DNA of 50,083 bases from Cytophagaceae bacterium. GTDB lineage: Bacteria > Bacteroidota > Bacteroidia > Cytophagales > Flexibacteraceae. The stretch spans positions 1 through 50,083 of the forward strand of contig CANETC010000001.1 in assembly GCA_947441055.1 (NCBI GenBank), given 5' to 3'. Below, one piece after another: positions 16,751 through 25,191 of this stretch. The position numbers and the translations under genes are program-made. Under the pieces are notes generated by a model that saw only the letters and a program-made list of their open reading frames with translations, had not been told where the DNA came from and ran no database searches. Positions within the stretch are counted from its first letter, which is position 1. Each line of letters opens with the position of its first letter.

Positions 16751-18823
16751 TCATAGTGCAAGCTCTTTGTAATTGTTCATAATGATTTGGGCCAGTTGAG
16801 TGGCTTCTTCATTCAATCCTTCCAACTCAATGTGTATTTCGTTCAGGCGTTCTTCGTAGTCAGAGTCATCATCAGTAGCGGTATCCACGCCAACATATCG
16901 GCCCGGGCTCAGGCTCCAGTCTTTGGCTTCAATTTCTTTTTGCGTAACTACTTTACATAATCCTTCCACATCGGTATAAACGCCTTCGGGGAAACGGTTT
17001 GTAAGCCAATGGGCTTGTTTGTAGAAATATTCGGTTTCGTGCAGCAATCCGGGTTCTTCTTCATCGGGGTTGCCGCTGAGTTGCTGTTGCAGGTCTTTCA
17101 GGATATCCAGTTTTTCTTTGATACCAAGGTCTTTCCAATCTCTGTTTTTGGCCAGCTGATATTCTTTATTTGCTGTTGAGATAACATCCAGCAATTGTTT
17201 TATCAGCTTATCCTGTGGTTTGCGGATTGCTTTGCATTGCCGGGCAATTTCTTCCAGGATCTGGTGGTCGGGCATTGCTTTCTCGGCAACCGAGATCAAT
17301 TGCTTTTGCAAATCAGCCATTTCTGGCATACCTGCCAGATTCAAGGCCTCAACCCATTTTTCGGCAGCCGGTATTTCTTTGGTAAAACGCGCTGCAAATT
17401 CAAATACAGCACGATAAGTCACTTGTAAATGCTCCTGTAATGCCCGAGTTGCATCTGCAGTTTCCTTGGCCAGGGCAGTAGTCTGCTCCAAATATCCGGA
17501 AACTGTTTTTTCAAATTTTTCGGCATGGCCGCGGTATAAGCCAACAATACAAATCAGGTTTTGCAATTGCTCGGGGCTAAAGTCGTTTACCTTGCTGGTA
17601 ACCTTGCGGTAAATTTTTCGGGCATCAAGCATCAGTACTTTATCTTTTTTTGCTTCGTCCTGTTCTTTGGCTCTGTCAAAAAACCACAGGGTGCAAGGCA
17701 ATGAACGGGTATAAAAAAAGTTGTTGCCAATGGCCATCATCACATCTACCGCACCTGTTTTTACCAGCTTTTCCCGTATGTCTTTCTCGCTATGGCCTGC
17801 ATCGCTGGCAGACGAAGCCATTACAAAACCTGCTCTGCCGGTTGGCTTCAGGTAGTTGTAGAAGTATTGAATCCACAGATAATTGGCATTGTCGTTTTTG
17901 GGCAGGTTAACGGTCCCGTCCAGTTTCAGCCGGGGATCTTTTTTAACGGCATCCTTTGCCTTATCCACTCCATCCACATTAAAGGGAGGATTGGCCATTA
18001 CAAAATCGGCACCACCTACAATGTTGTGTTTGTCTTCGTAAAAAGTATTGCCTTCCTGAATATTGCCTTCCAGTCCGTGAACGGTTAAGTTCATCTTTGC
18101 CAGTTTGGTATTGAGGTCGGCTTTTTCCTGTCCGTAGAAGGTAACTTTTTCGGCAGGCTTTAGTCCTTCGCTTTCTATGAAATAGCCCGTTTGCACAAAC
18201 ATACCTGCACTTCCGCAGGCCGGATCGAACACTATGCCGTGGTCGGGTTCAATTACATTTACAATGGTTTGCACAAGGCTCATTGGTGTAAAAAATTCTC
18301 CGCCTTCCTGCGCACCGGACATGGCAAATTTGCCCAGGAAGTATTCATAAATCTTCCCGAACAAATCGCCTTCGGCTTTTTGCAACACTTCTTTATTGAA
18401 AATGCGGAGCAGTTCGCGCAAGAGGTCTTTGCTGAAAATGGAATAGTTTTTTGGCAAAACACCTCTGAGGGTTTCATATTCCTCTTCAATCAGTCTCATG
18501 GCATTGTCTATGGCCTGACCGGTGTCTGCACTTTCGGGCAGGTTAACCAGAAAGTCGAACCGGGCTCCTTCAGGAAGAAACATGGCATTTTGCTCCAGAA
18601 AATCATTTTTTTCTATTGCCCTCCTGCCTCTTTGAGGATGAAAGGGCAGGGTTTGCTCTACCAGGGCCTGAACTTTTACAAATCGGTTAAAGGCATGCCG
18701 CAGAAAAATTAAGCCCAGCACGGGCATGGAATATTCTGATGCCGTTAGTTTGGAATTGGCTCTAAGCTGGTCGGCGGCTCGCCAAAGTTCTGCCTCCAGT
18801 TGTCTTAATTGTTTACCCTGCAT
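16751..18823 (-). CDS. hsdM: type I R-M N6-adenine DNA methyltransferase subunit M
   Basis: HsdM_N segment LWRAADQLRANSKLTASEYSMPVLGLIFLR. SAM motif VFDPACGSAGMF. Catalytic motif VMANPPFN. About 200 aa of helical C-terminal extension. Confidence 0.92.
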   Translation of the reverse strand: MQGKQLRQLEAELWRAADQLRANSKLTASEYSMPVLGLIFLRHAFNRFVKVQALVEQTLPFHPQRGRRAIEKNDFLEQNAMFLPEGARFDFLVNLPESADTGQAIDNAMRLIEEEYETLRGVLPKNYSIFSKDLLRELLRIFNKEVLQKAEGDLFGKIYEYFLGKFAMSGAQEGGEFFTPMSLVQTIVNVIEPDHGIVFDPACGSAGMFVQTGYFIESEGLKPAEKVTFYGQEKADLNTKLAKMNLTVHGLEGNIQEGNTFYEDKHNIVGGADFVMANPPFNVDGVDKAKDAVKKDPRLKLDGTVNLPKNDNANYLWIQYFYNYLKPTGRAGFVMASSASDAGHSEKDIREKLVKTGAVDVMMAIGNNFFYTRSLPCTLWFFDRAKEQDEAKKDKVLMLDARKIYRKVTSKVNDFSPEQLQNLICIVGLYRGHAEKFEKTVSGYLEQTTALAKETADATRALQEHLQVTYRAVFEFAARFTKEIPAAEKWVEALNLAGMPEMADLQKQLISVAEKAMPDHQILEEIARQCKAIRKPQDKLIKQLLDVISTANKEYQLAKNRDWKDLGIKEKLDILKDLQQQLSGNPDEEEPGLLHETEYFYKQAHWLTNRFPEGVYTDVEGLCKVVTQKEIEAKDWSLSPGRYVGVDTATDDDSDYEERLNEIHIELEGLNEEATQLAQIIMNNYKELAL

Positions 18824-18858
18824 GGAAATGTTAATACGATATCAAATGTTGTAGCCAC

Positions 18859-18880
18859 AAAAAAAGGCTTTTCAGCCTTT
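18859..18880 (-). terminator. rho-independent terminator closing the RT/helicase/TPR transcription unit
   Basis: Minus-strand RNA reads AAAGGCU-GAAA-AGCCUUU followed by UUUU. It lies 73 nt after the stop at 18953 and 36 nt before the hsdM ATG. Confidence 0.55.
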
Positions 18881-18952
18881 CAAATCTAATTGCTTTCTGT
18901 TAAACAGAAGTCCAGAGCAGGCTTATTAAATCTTCTGCATGAAAACCCGGTC

Positions 18953-20437
18953 CTACACCAGCCTCCAGCCCCATTGCTTCTTTTCCTTGTTGTAGGATTT
19001 TATGGCATGGCCGGTGAGGTCGCTTCCATCGCTCAGCTGGTATTTCGCTACCAGTGCGGGGGGGATAAATGCATCTTCCAGAAATCCGAAGGTCTTGCCT
19101 TCCAGTATTTTTACCTGGCCGGCAACATACTTGTAAAAGCGGCTTTTGAATTCTTCATCCTGCACCTTTTCTGCTGTGTAGACCTGATGCATGCCTTCTT
19201 TGCTTCCACCCTGAAATCGCACGCTCAATACATCGCCCGGTTTAACATCCGGGAGCAAGCGGTCATATTTGAAGTAGCCAAGCCGGTTTTCTGATGCTAT
19301 AAAGTTGAGCATCTTCTTGTCCTTGTTAACGAACTCCACAAAAATCCGCTCTTCCGGCACATCGCTGTACAGAATAGCATCGGCCCGGAAAGCATGCTGT
19401 TTGTAAAACTTCAGGTTGGATGGCAAATCGCTTGCCTGCTGGTACCAATCTTCAAGAATCCAGCTAACCACTTCCGGTGGGATTTTAAAGCCCATATCGG
19501 AGCGAACCTCTACCAGCGTGTTGATTTCGGTTCTGGCCTCGTTGTAAAATCCTTTTTCCATCATTAACCCAGCCATTTTCTGGCGCAGGCTCACCAGCAT
19601 TTCTTTCGGGCTTTTACAAAGTAGGGCCCGGCAATAACAGGCAAGCACAGTATCCGGATCTTCGGAAAAAGCCTCGGCAATTACCTCCCAAACCCAGAAG
19701 TCATTTTTCTTTTTCCGGGCAAAAGGCAGCAAGGCCTCTAGCACATTATTTCTGTTTCCAAGCGCTAGTAATAGCTTTGCCTGAAAATAGGGTGGGTATT
19801 GATATTCTGGGTGATTCTCGACCACTTCTTCCAGCCGGGGTAAAAAGGCGGCCGCCTTACCCCGGTCAAATCCTGCTTGTCCGGGTAGCAATTGTTTGGC
19901 ATAGGCAATGTAGGCCTGCTCTACAAGCGCCATCATATCCTTGCCATTTTCTAATTTTTCCTTTTGCCAGTCTTCCGGCCGGAAATGGTTGAAATTCCAC
20001 CAGTCGGCAAAAGGTATGTAATGAGCGCTACCCTTGAGCAATTTATGAAATGCCTTGTAGAGAAAACTGTAGCCTTCTTCTCCTTTTGGGAAATGGAACG
20101 ATTTTATTGCCTCAAAAAGCTGAACGGTCTGCTGCTGCGGGAGTGGGTTAAGCTTTGCCATACTCATACCCATACGGCCGATTTGCCAAGCAACATTGCC
20201 AAACAGCAGTTTTTCATCTACTGTAAGTTCGAGTTCACGAATCGCATTCAGCCAAACAAGAAATTCGTTGAAAGCTCCGGCATGGGCATTGAGTTTCAGG
20301 TAATCGTAGTACACCCAGCTGATGTTGCGTTTCGGCCAGATGTTATCCGGTTCGGCAATACACTCCGCCTTTGCCATTTCAAGTGCGGCTTCCAGATTGC
20401 CTTGTTGACGTAGTTCTTTTATTTCTTTAGACGGCAT
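18953..20437 (-). CDS. hypothetical protein: N-terminal TPR-like helical repeats, C-terminal tandem OB/S1-like segments
   Basis: 494 aa. The helical-repeat N-terminal part includes QQGNLEAALEMAKAECIAEP. The C-terminal beta-rich segments are GDVLSVRFQGGSKEGMHQVYTAEKV and GQVKILEGKTFGFLEDAFIPPALV...GHAIKSYNK. The start overlaps the helicase stop by 11 nt. The domain calls are by eye only. Confidence 0.45.
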   Translation of the reverse strand: MPSKEIKELRQQGNLEAALEMAKAECIAEPDNIWPKRNISWVYYDYLKLNAHAGAFNEFLVWLNAIRELELTVDEKLLFGNVAWQIGRMGMSMAKLNPLPQQQTVQLFEAIKSFHFPKGEEGYSFLYKAFHKLLKGSAHYIPFADWWNFNHFRPEDWQKEKLENGKDMMALVEQAYIAYAKQLLPGQAGFDRGKAAAFLPRLEEVVENHPEYQYPPYFQAKLLLALGNRNNVLEALLPFARKKKNDFWVWEVIAEAFSEDPDTVLACYCRALLCKSPKEMLVSLRQKMAGLMMEKGFYNEARTEINTLVEVRSDMGFKIPPEVVSWILEDWYQQASDLPSNLKFYKQHAFRADAILYSDVPEERIFVEFVNKDKKMLNFIASENRLGYFKYDRLLPDVKPGDVLSVRFQGGSKEGMHQVYTAEKVQDEEFKSRFYKYVAGQVKILEGKTFGFLEDAFIPPALVAKYQLSDGSDLTGHAIKSYNKEKKQWGWRLV

Positions 20438-22616
20438 ATTCTTCTTGTTTCAGGGTTTGAATTGCTAACTGTATTTCGGACAGTAAAGCCGGGCTATTGG
20501 ATTTATTGGTCAGTGGCAGAACTCGGCCAAAAAAGCCATGCTGGTTGTATTCAAAATCGAGCATCGCACGCTGGCTGCCTTTGGTAAAAGTGTATCGTTC
20601 CCGGTAATCAAAGTGCTCTACGGCTTCAATGGCAATATCGCTTGAATCAAACAATGATTTTAAATCGTCGTATAAGTAGCGGGTAAAAGGAAATTTCTCT
20701 TCCTGCTCTACTTCAAAGGCCAATTTACTCAGAATGGTTTCCGGGCTATTCCGCTGAATGGTCAGTTTTGGGAGTTCTTGTAAAATACCGGCGATTTCGC
20801 TGTTGAATGCAGCATGGGGGGAGGCTCCCGGAATTAAAGCAAACTGTTTCTTAAATTCGTTTTGTCCATTTATCCAGGTTTTAAGGCTTGCCCGCTCCTG
20901 CTCCCGTTGAAAAGTGTACCAGATTTCATAGGCCTTTCTCTCCCAGGCCACAATTTCAATATACTTGTTTCGTACAGCATGCCGTACCTGAATGAAATGA
21001 TCCTGGAGTTGAGCAGGTTGTTCTGCAAGACCCATTTCGCTGAGTGCTTTTAGTATGTCGGGATCAATTGAGATGTCTTCAGGTTGAAGGACTTTACCGC
21101 TCAGTTCTTCCAAACCTTTTATCACCGGCATTTCCAAAAAGGATAAAGTGGAATAAGAGTTGAAAAAGGGTGGATTTAGAGCAAAATGTTTTTTTGAACT
21201 GCGGGTTACAGCCGTATAGGCCCAGCGATAAAACTCTTTATTGGTCTTACCGGCCTTTCGCTGCTTATCCGTGAGGTAGTTGAAGTTATCCGCATTTTCA
21301 TGATCCCAGATGCTGAATACCTGTTCCCACTCTCCACCCTGCGCTTTATGACAGGTTACAGCATAGCCATATTTTAACCGCAGGCAGTTAAAATACCCAT
21401 CATTCATTATGGCATCTTTAAACTCGGGCGTCTCCGATCTAAGCCCTGGATGCCTTTGCGTGAAATCCACATACAAGGCCTGGGTTTCTTCAGGAGTCAG
21501 GTAATTATCTCCGAAAAGGAAATTCTCCAGCATCAAGCCTTTTACCAACTTGTTGCTGCTTTCGCCATCAGGAAAAACAAGTTCCACATTGCGCCAGACC
21601 AAATTTACAGGGGCTTTCCCCTTCAGGTAAATTGTGCGTCGGATTGGGGAATCATCTGCAGAATTCACTACAGCAAATTCACCATTAAAAACACCCTTGC
21701 GGTAGTTATTGGCCCCAATAATCACAATTTCACCTTTCTGGGGCGGAAGCATCCGGCTGCCATATTTTCTTTCCCTGATCCTTAAATTGATATCAAGACA
21801 GGTTTTGTTTTTACTGGCAATAATGATTTTTGTGCTTTTCACACCTTCCCATATACTCAAAAAATCATCACCTGCGAGATTGAAAACATCCCGGTTGTTT
21901 GCCTTCAGATTAAAGTCGTTGAAATAGCCGGCCGAAATACTCTTTCGGATTTTAGTCGCCGCAAGCAGGATACCGCTTTCGCCCTCCTGGCGCAAAACTT
22001 CTTTTAGCTCCGCCTCCTGACAGGAAAGTTTAAATTTTTCCCTGAAATAATCGGGTTCAAAAGCTTTGGAACTGTTATCGCCAACGGGAGCAAGCTGGCA
22101 GGGATCTCCAACAAAAATAATCTTGGAATGAACATTGGGTTCCTTAACCCGAGTATATTCGATTAGGTCATCAAGCAAAAATCCAGATCCAAACCGAAAA
22201 AATTCGCCTTCACTTTTGGCATTCGAAACCATGGAAGCCTCATCCACAATAAAAACTTTGCCAGCCACATCAATGTTATTGCGCAAAGCATACGAATAGA
22301 AAAAGGAGTCTCCTTCATTAACTTCTACCAGGCGATCAAAGCAATAAATGCCTTTATGGATGGTTACAGCTTCCTGGCCTGTCTTTTCCCGAATTACTTT
22401 GGCGGCCCGCCCGGTTGGGGCCAGAAGAGCAAAATCTTTTGAAATGGAATTCAGGTATTGAACAAGTCCTTTGAGAATGGTGGTTTTACCACTACCGGCA
22501 TACCCTTTTAGCATAAACACAGGATCTGAACCTTGGAAAAAGCGCTCCAATTTGCCCAGGGCTTCTTCCTGCGAAGGGGTTAATTGCAGTTCCTCAAAAT
22601 GACTGAAAATACGCAT
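20427..22616 (-). CDS. SF1 (RecD/Dda/Pif1-like) helicase with ~260-aa unknown C-terminal extension
   Basis: Walker A GYAGSGKTT. Motif II FIVDEASMV. Motif III IFVGDPCQLAPV. Motifs V/VI YAVTCHKAQGGEW and YTAVTRS. The start lies 8 nt after the upstream ORF's stop. Confidence 0.8.
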   Translation of the reverse strand: MRIFSHFEELQLTPSQEEALGKLERFFQGSDPVFMLKGYAGSGKTTILKGLVQYLNSISKDFALLAPTGRAAKVIREKTGQEAVTIHKGIYCFDRLVEVNEGDSFFYSYALRNNIDVAGKVFIVDEASMVSNAKSEGEFFRFGSGFLLDDLIEYTRVKEPNVHSKIIFVGDPCQLAPVGDNSSKAFEPDYFREKFKLSCQEAELKEVLRQEGESGILLAATKIRKSISAGYFNDFNLKANNRDVFNLAGDDFLSIWEGVKSTKIIIASKNKTCLDINLRIRERKYGSRMLPPQKGEIVIIGANNYRKGVFNGEFAVVNSADDSPIRRTIYLKGKAPVNLVWRNVELVFPDGESSNKLVKGLMLENFLFGDNYLTPEETQALYVDFTQRHPGLRSETPEFKDAIMNDGYFNCLRLKYGYAVTCHKAQGGEWEQVFSIWDHENADNFNYLTDKQRKAGKTNKEFYRWAYTAVTRSSKKHFALNPPFFNSYSTLSFLEMPVIKGLEELSGKVLQPEDISIDPDILKALSEMGLAEQPAQLQDHFIQVRHAVRNKYIEIVAWERKAYEIWYTFQREQERASLKTWINGQNEFKKQFALIPGASPHAAFNSEIAGILQELPKLTIQRNSPETILSKLAFEVEQEEKFPFTRYLYDDLKSLFDSSDIAIEAVEHFDYRERYTFTKGSQRAMLDFEYNQHGFFGRVLPLTNKSNSPALLSEIQLAIQTLKQEEYAV

Positions 22617-22624
22617 AGCTCATT

Positions 22625-24511
22625 TTACTGAGGCAAAGGTGAAATGGAAGTGTGCGGTGGAGGTGCATAGGAAAAAATCTTAAGAAAAATCTTAAAGAAG
22701 AATAAAACATCCGTTGAATTAATTTTATTATCAGCCTTTACTCTACCTGTATAATGTGCAGCTACATTGCTTCTAAAATACCTAAGAGCAATTATCTTCT
22801 CAATATCTACTTTCGGCACAGAGTGGCGGAAATGCAAAACAGAAATTATTTTGACTAATGAGGTTGCATCGATACCACTTGAAAATGTGGTTTTTAACTC
22901 GCTCTTCTCAAAAGCATTAAATGACTTTATAGTTTCCGCTTCATTTTCGTTTTGAAATTCAATTCGACCTCTTACAAGTTCTAATTTAGTCAATATGTTC
23001 TTATTGTCGGATGATTGAGTAAAAATGTCAATTAATATTTCCTTATCAATTGAACAAACCTTACCGGAAGAGTTCTTAAAATCAAAAACCCCAACAAATG
23101 GCAAATCACAGTAATTCTCCAATACCTGAAAAGAAATTAAAAGACATTGATTTATTATTAATTCATTGGAAGATGATAGAGAAAGTAAATTAAAAATTTG
23201 GTCGAGAAATCCATTTTTTCCAAAAGTTAAATCAGCAAATTCTTTTCCATCAACCCGATTTGAAAAAATATTGACCCTTTTTAAGTTATAAATATTCCGA
23301 AAAAGTTCGGCTAAAAAAATATTATTTGCAGCTTCAGAAACCTGTTTAGTAAAATGCAGAAAAGTTGTCCGCGTTTGATTTCTGTTATTAAACGTTTCAG
23401 GCGACTCCTTTATTGTGAAGTATTTTACACCTTGCTCTAAACAATTTTGATAATTCCACACCTTATTTGATGCGGTTGAAACAATAATTTGAATTCCCGG
23501 ATTTTGTTTCTTAATAAACTTAATAATTTGAATTCCTGTTAAACTTTCAAATTCCTGCTCTATAAAATCATCATCATGTAATCTGAGATCAATGATAAAA
23601 ATATCAATTGGCTGACTTGAATTAATTACATCGAACACCCAATTTGTAATTTCAAATATCAATTGTTCTTTACTCTTATCCTTCTGAAAATTAATATATG
23701 GGACAATTGAAGCTTTTGATTTATCAAAAATATAGCTATAAAATTCAAACCATCCTTTATATGCTTCATCATCAATGAGCCCAAAATTTAATCCATCAAT
23801 ATTTTTAATTAAAAAATTGCCAGTATGCTTTCTTGAATTGAATATTTGTCGGTTTGCTTTTGCTTCTAAATGTTTAAAATGTAATGTTTTTAAATATTCT
23901 AAATCGAATAATTTTTTTCGAAAACTAGAATAAAAAAAATTACTTTCATCTTTCTCTAACATTGTAAAATATCTTGCAAGCGCCCATTCATTTGCTACAT
24001 TATGATGGTTTTGGTAATTCGCAGGCGGGTTAATAGTAATTGATTTATAAAAGGAAGATAAATCATAAAGCTTCTGTATTCGACCTTCAGAAAACATATT
24101 AAGAACATTATAGTAATCTTCTAAGGACTCTTTCATCAGATAGAGGCCATTTGTAAAAAGGATTGAAGGTTCCGGATAAATCAAGCCCAAATACTGAAAG
24201 CTTTCTTCGCAAATTATTATAATTGGAATTTTAGCTTTTTCACCTAAACCTTTAGACATCCTAATATGATAAGCTAATCTAAGTCCAAGATATTCTAAAT
24301 AGTTCTGGGAAAGTGCTGCCTTAATAAAAACAATATCGCTCCTTTCAATCTTTTTCTTAAGACCAACATCATGCTCTTCATCTAGGCTTTCAGTAATATA
24401 TAAATCTATATCCTTATCGAAATCAAGATCAAATCGGAATGATTCAGAAACTGGGAAAAAAATATCTTTATTAAATGAGGTGTTGTCAGAATGAACTAAT
24501 AACTTTTTCAT
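22625..24511 (-). CDS. uncharacterised 628-aa protein: N-terminal pseudo-receiver-like region, central CheY-like receiver domain, C-terminal HEPN-like Rx5H motif
   Basis: The REC pattern spans residues ~241-370 (23402-23791): FGLIDDE, IDIFIIDLRL (candidate Asp308), IQIIVSTAS, GVKYFTIKE. The C-terminus LRYFRSNVAAHYTG gives Rx5H at 22754-22774. About 30% GC. The start forms an ATGA overlap with the upstream ORF's stop. Confidence 0.5.
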   Translation of the reverse strand: MKKLLVHSDNTSFNKDIFFPVSESFRFDLDFDKDIDLYITESLDEEHDVGLKKKIERSDIVFIKAALSQNYLEYLGLRLAYHIRMSKGLGEKAKIPIIIICEESFQYLGLIYPEPSILFTNGLYLMKESLEDYYNVLNMFSEGRIQKLYDLSSFYKSITINPPANYQNHHNVANEWALARYFTMLEKDESNFFYSSFRKKLFDLEYLKTLHFKHLEAKANRQIFNSRKHTGNFLIKNIDGLNFGLIDDEAYKGWFEFYSYIFDKSKASIVPYINFQKDKSKEQLIFEITNWVFDVINSSQPIDIFIIDLRLHDDDFIEQEFESLTGIQIIKFIKKQNPGIQIIVSTASNKVWNYQNCLEQGVKYFTIKESPETFNNRNQTRTTFLHFTKQVSEAANNIFLAELFRNIYNLKRVNIFSNRVDGKEFADLTFGKNGFLDQIFNLLSLSSSNELIINQCLLISFQVLENYCDLPFVGVFDFKNSSGKVCSIDKEILIDIFTQSSDNKNILTKLELVRGRIEFQNENEAETIKSFNAFEKSELKTTFSSGIDATSLVKIISVLHFRHSVPKVDIEKIIALRYFRSNVAAHYTGRVKADNKINSTDVLFFFKIFLKIFSYAPPPHTSISPLPQ

Positions 24512-25191
24512 GCTATTTCAAGTATTAATCTATCTAGAATTTGCTTAATCTGCTTAATCTCGTCAATAGAGACAAGATTAAACTCATTTCCTGAAAGAGT
24601 TTTTTCTGTTTTCTCGTTCAATAAATCGCTTTTAATAACTTCATTAATTTTCAGATCTCTTACCCTTTTAATAATTTCACTTTCATCTATTTGCGCATTT
24701 GGAATTTGCGTTTTGATTACTTGCTTGTTTATAGCGACGGCTAAATAATTCCGTAGGTTAAGAAGCAGACTCAATTTCCACTTTCTCCCGAATTGAAGTA
24801 CTAGTAAATTGATATTACTATTTTCCTCAAATTTCTCTATAAACAATTTAAGATTTTCAGAATAAAAATCTCTTGAATTAATATGAAGGAAGGGAAATTC
24901 TACATCCTTAATTACACTTGATGTAATTCCACCAGAAAAGAAAATTAATGGTTTTCTTTTTGATCTACAATAATCCTTTAATGTATCTCTAACTTCAGTT
25001 GAAAATGCAGATCGGTGAGAGGCAATACATTCAAATTGATCGAGTATACTGGTGTCATTAATCTTTAAGGAGTTAACTAGGGTGTCAAATTCAGAACCGG
25101 TAATTATTGAAACTGATTTATAACTTTTCAAATCAAAATCAGCATACTGTTCAAGTCGGCCTATTCTATCTTCAATTATTGAAATTTTCAT
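24508..25191 (-). CDS. uncharacterised 227-aa protein (weak flavodoxin/receiver-like pattern)
   Basis: MKISIIEDR... and KRKPLIFFSGG weakly resemble the beta1 and beta4 strands of a CheY-like fold. ATGA overlaps occur at both ends (25188-25191 and 24508-24511). About 30% GC. No family was recognised. Confidence 0.45.
   Translation of the reverse strand: MKISIIEDRIGRLEQYADFDLKSYKSVSIITGSEFDTLVNSLKINDTSILDQFECIASHRSAFSTEVRDTLKDYCRSKRKPLIFFSGGITSSVIKDVEFPFLHINSRDFYSENLKLFIEKFEENSNINLLVLQFGRKWKLSLLLNLRNYLAVAINKQVIKTQIPNAQIDESEIIKRVRDLKINEVIKSDLLNEKTEKTLSGNEFNLVSIDEIKQIKQILDRLILEIA

Noticed and set aside
18824-18858. Possible hsdM promoter (AACATTTG, a 7/8 match to TAnnTTTG) squeezed between the upstream terminator and the hsdM ATG
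   Set aside because: The match is imperfect and there is no identifiable -33 element in the 35 nt available. Read-through from the upstream operon cannot be excluded, so it was not listed as a feature.
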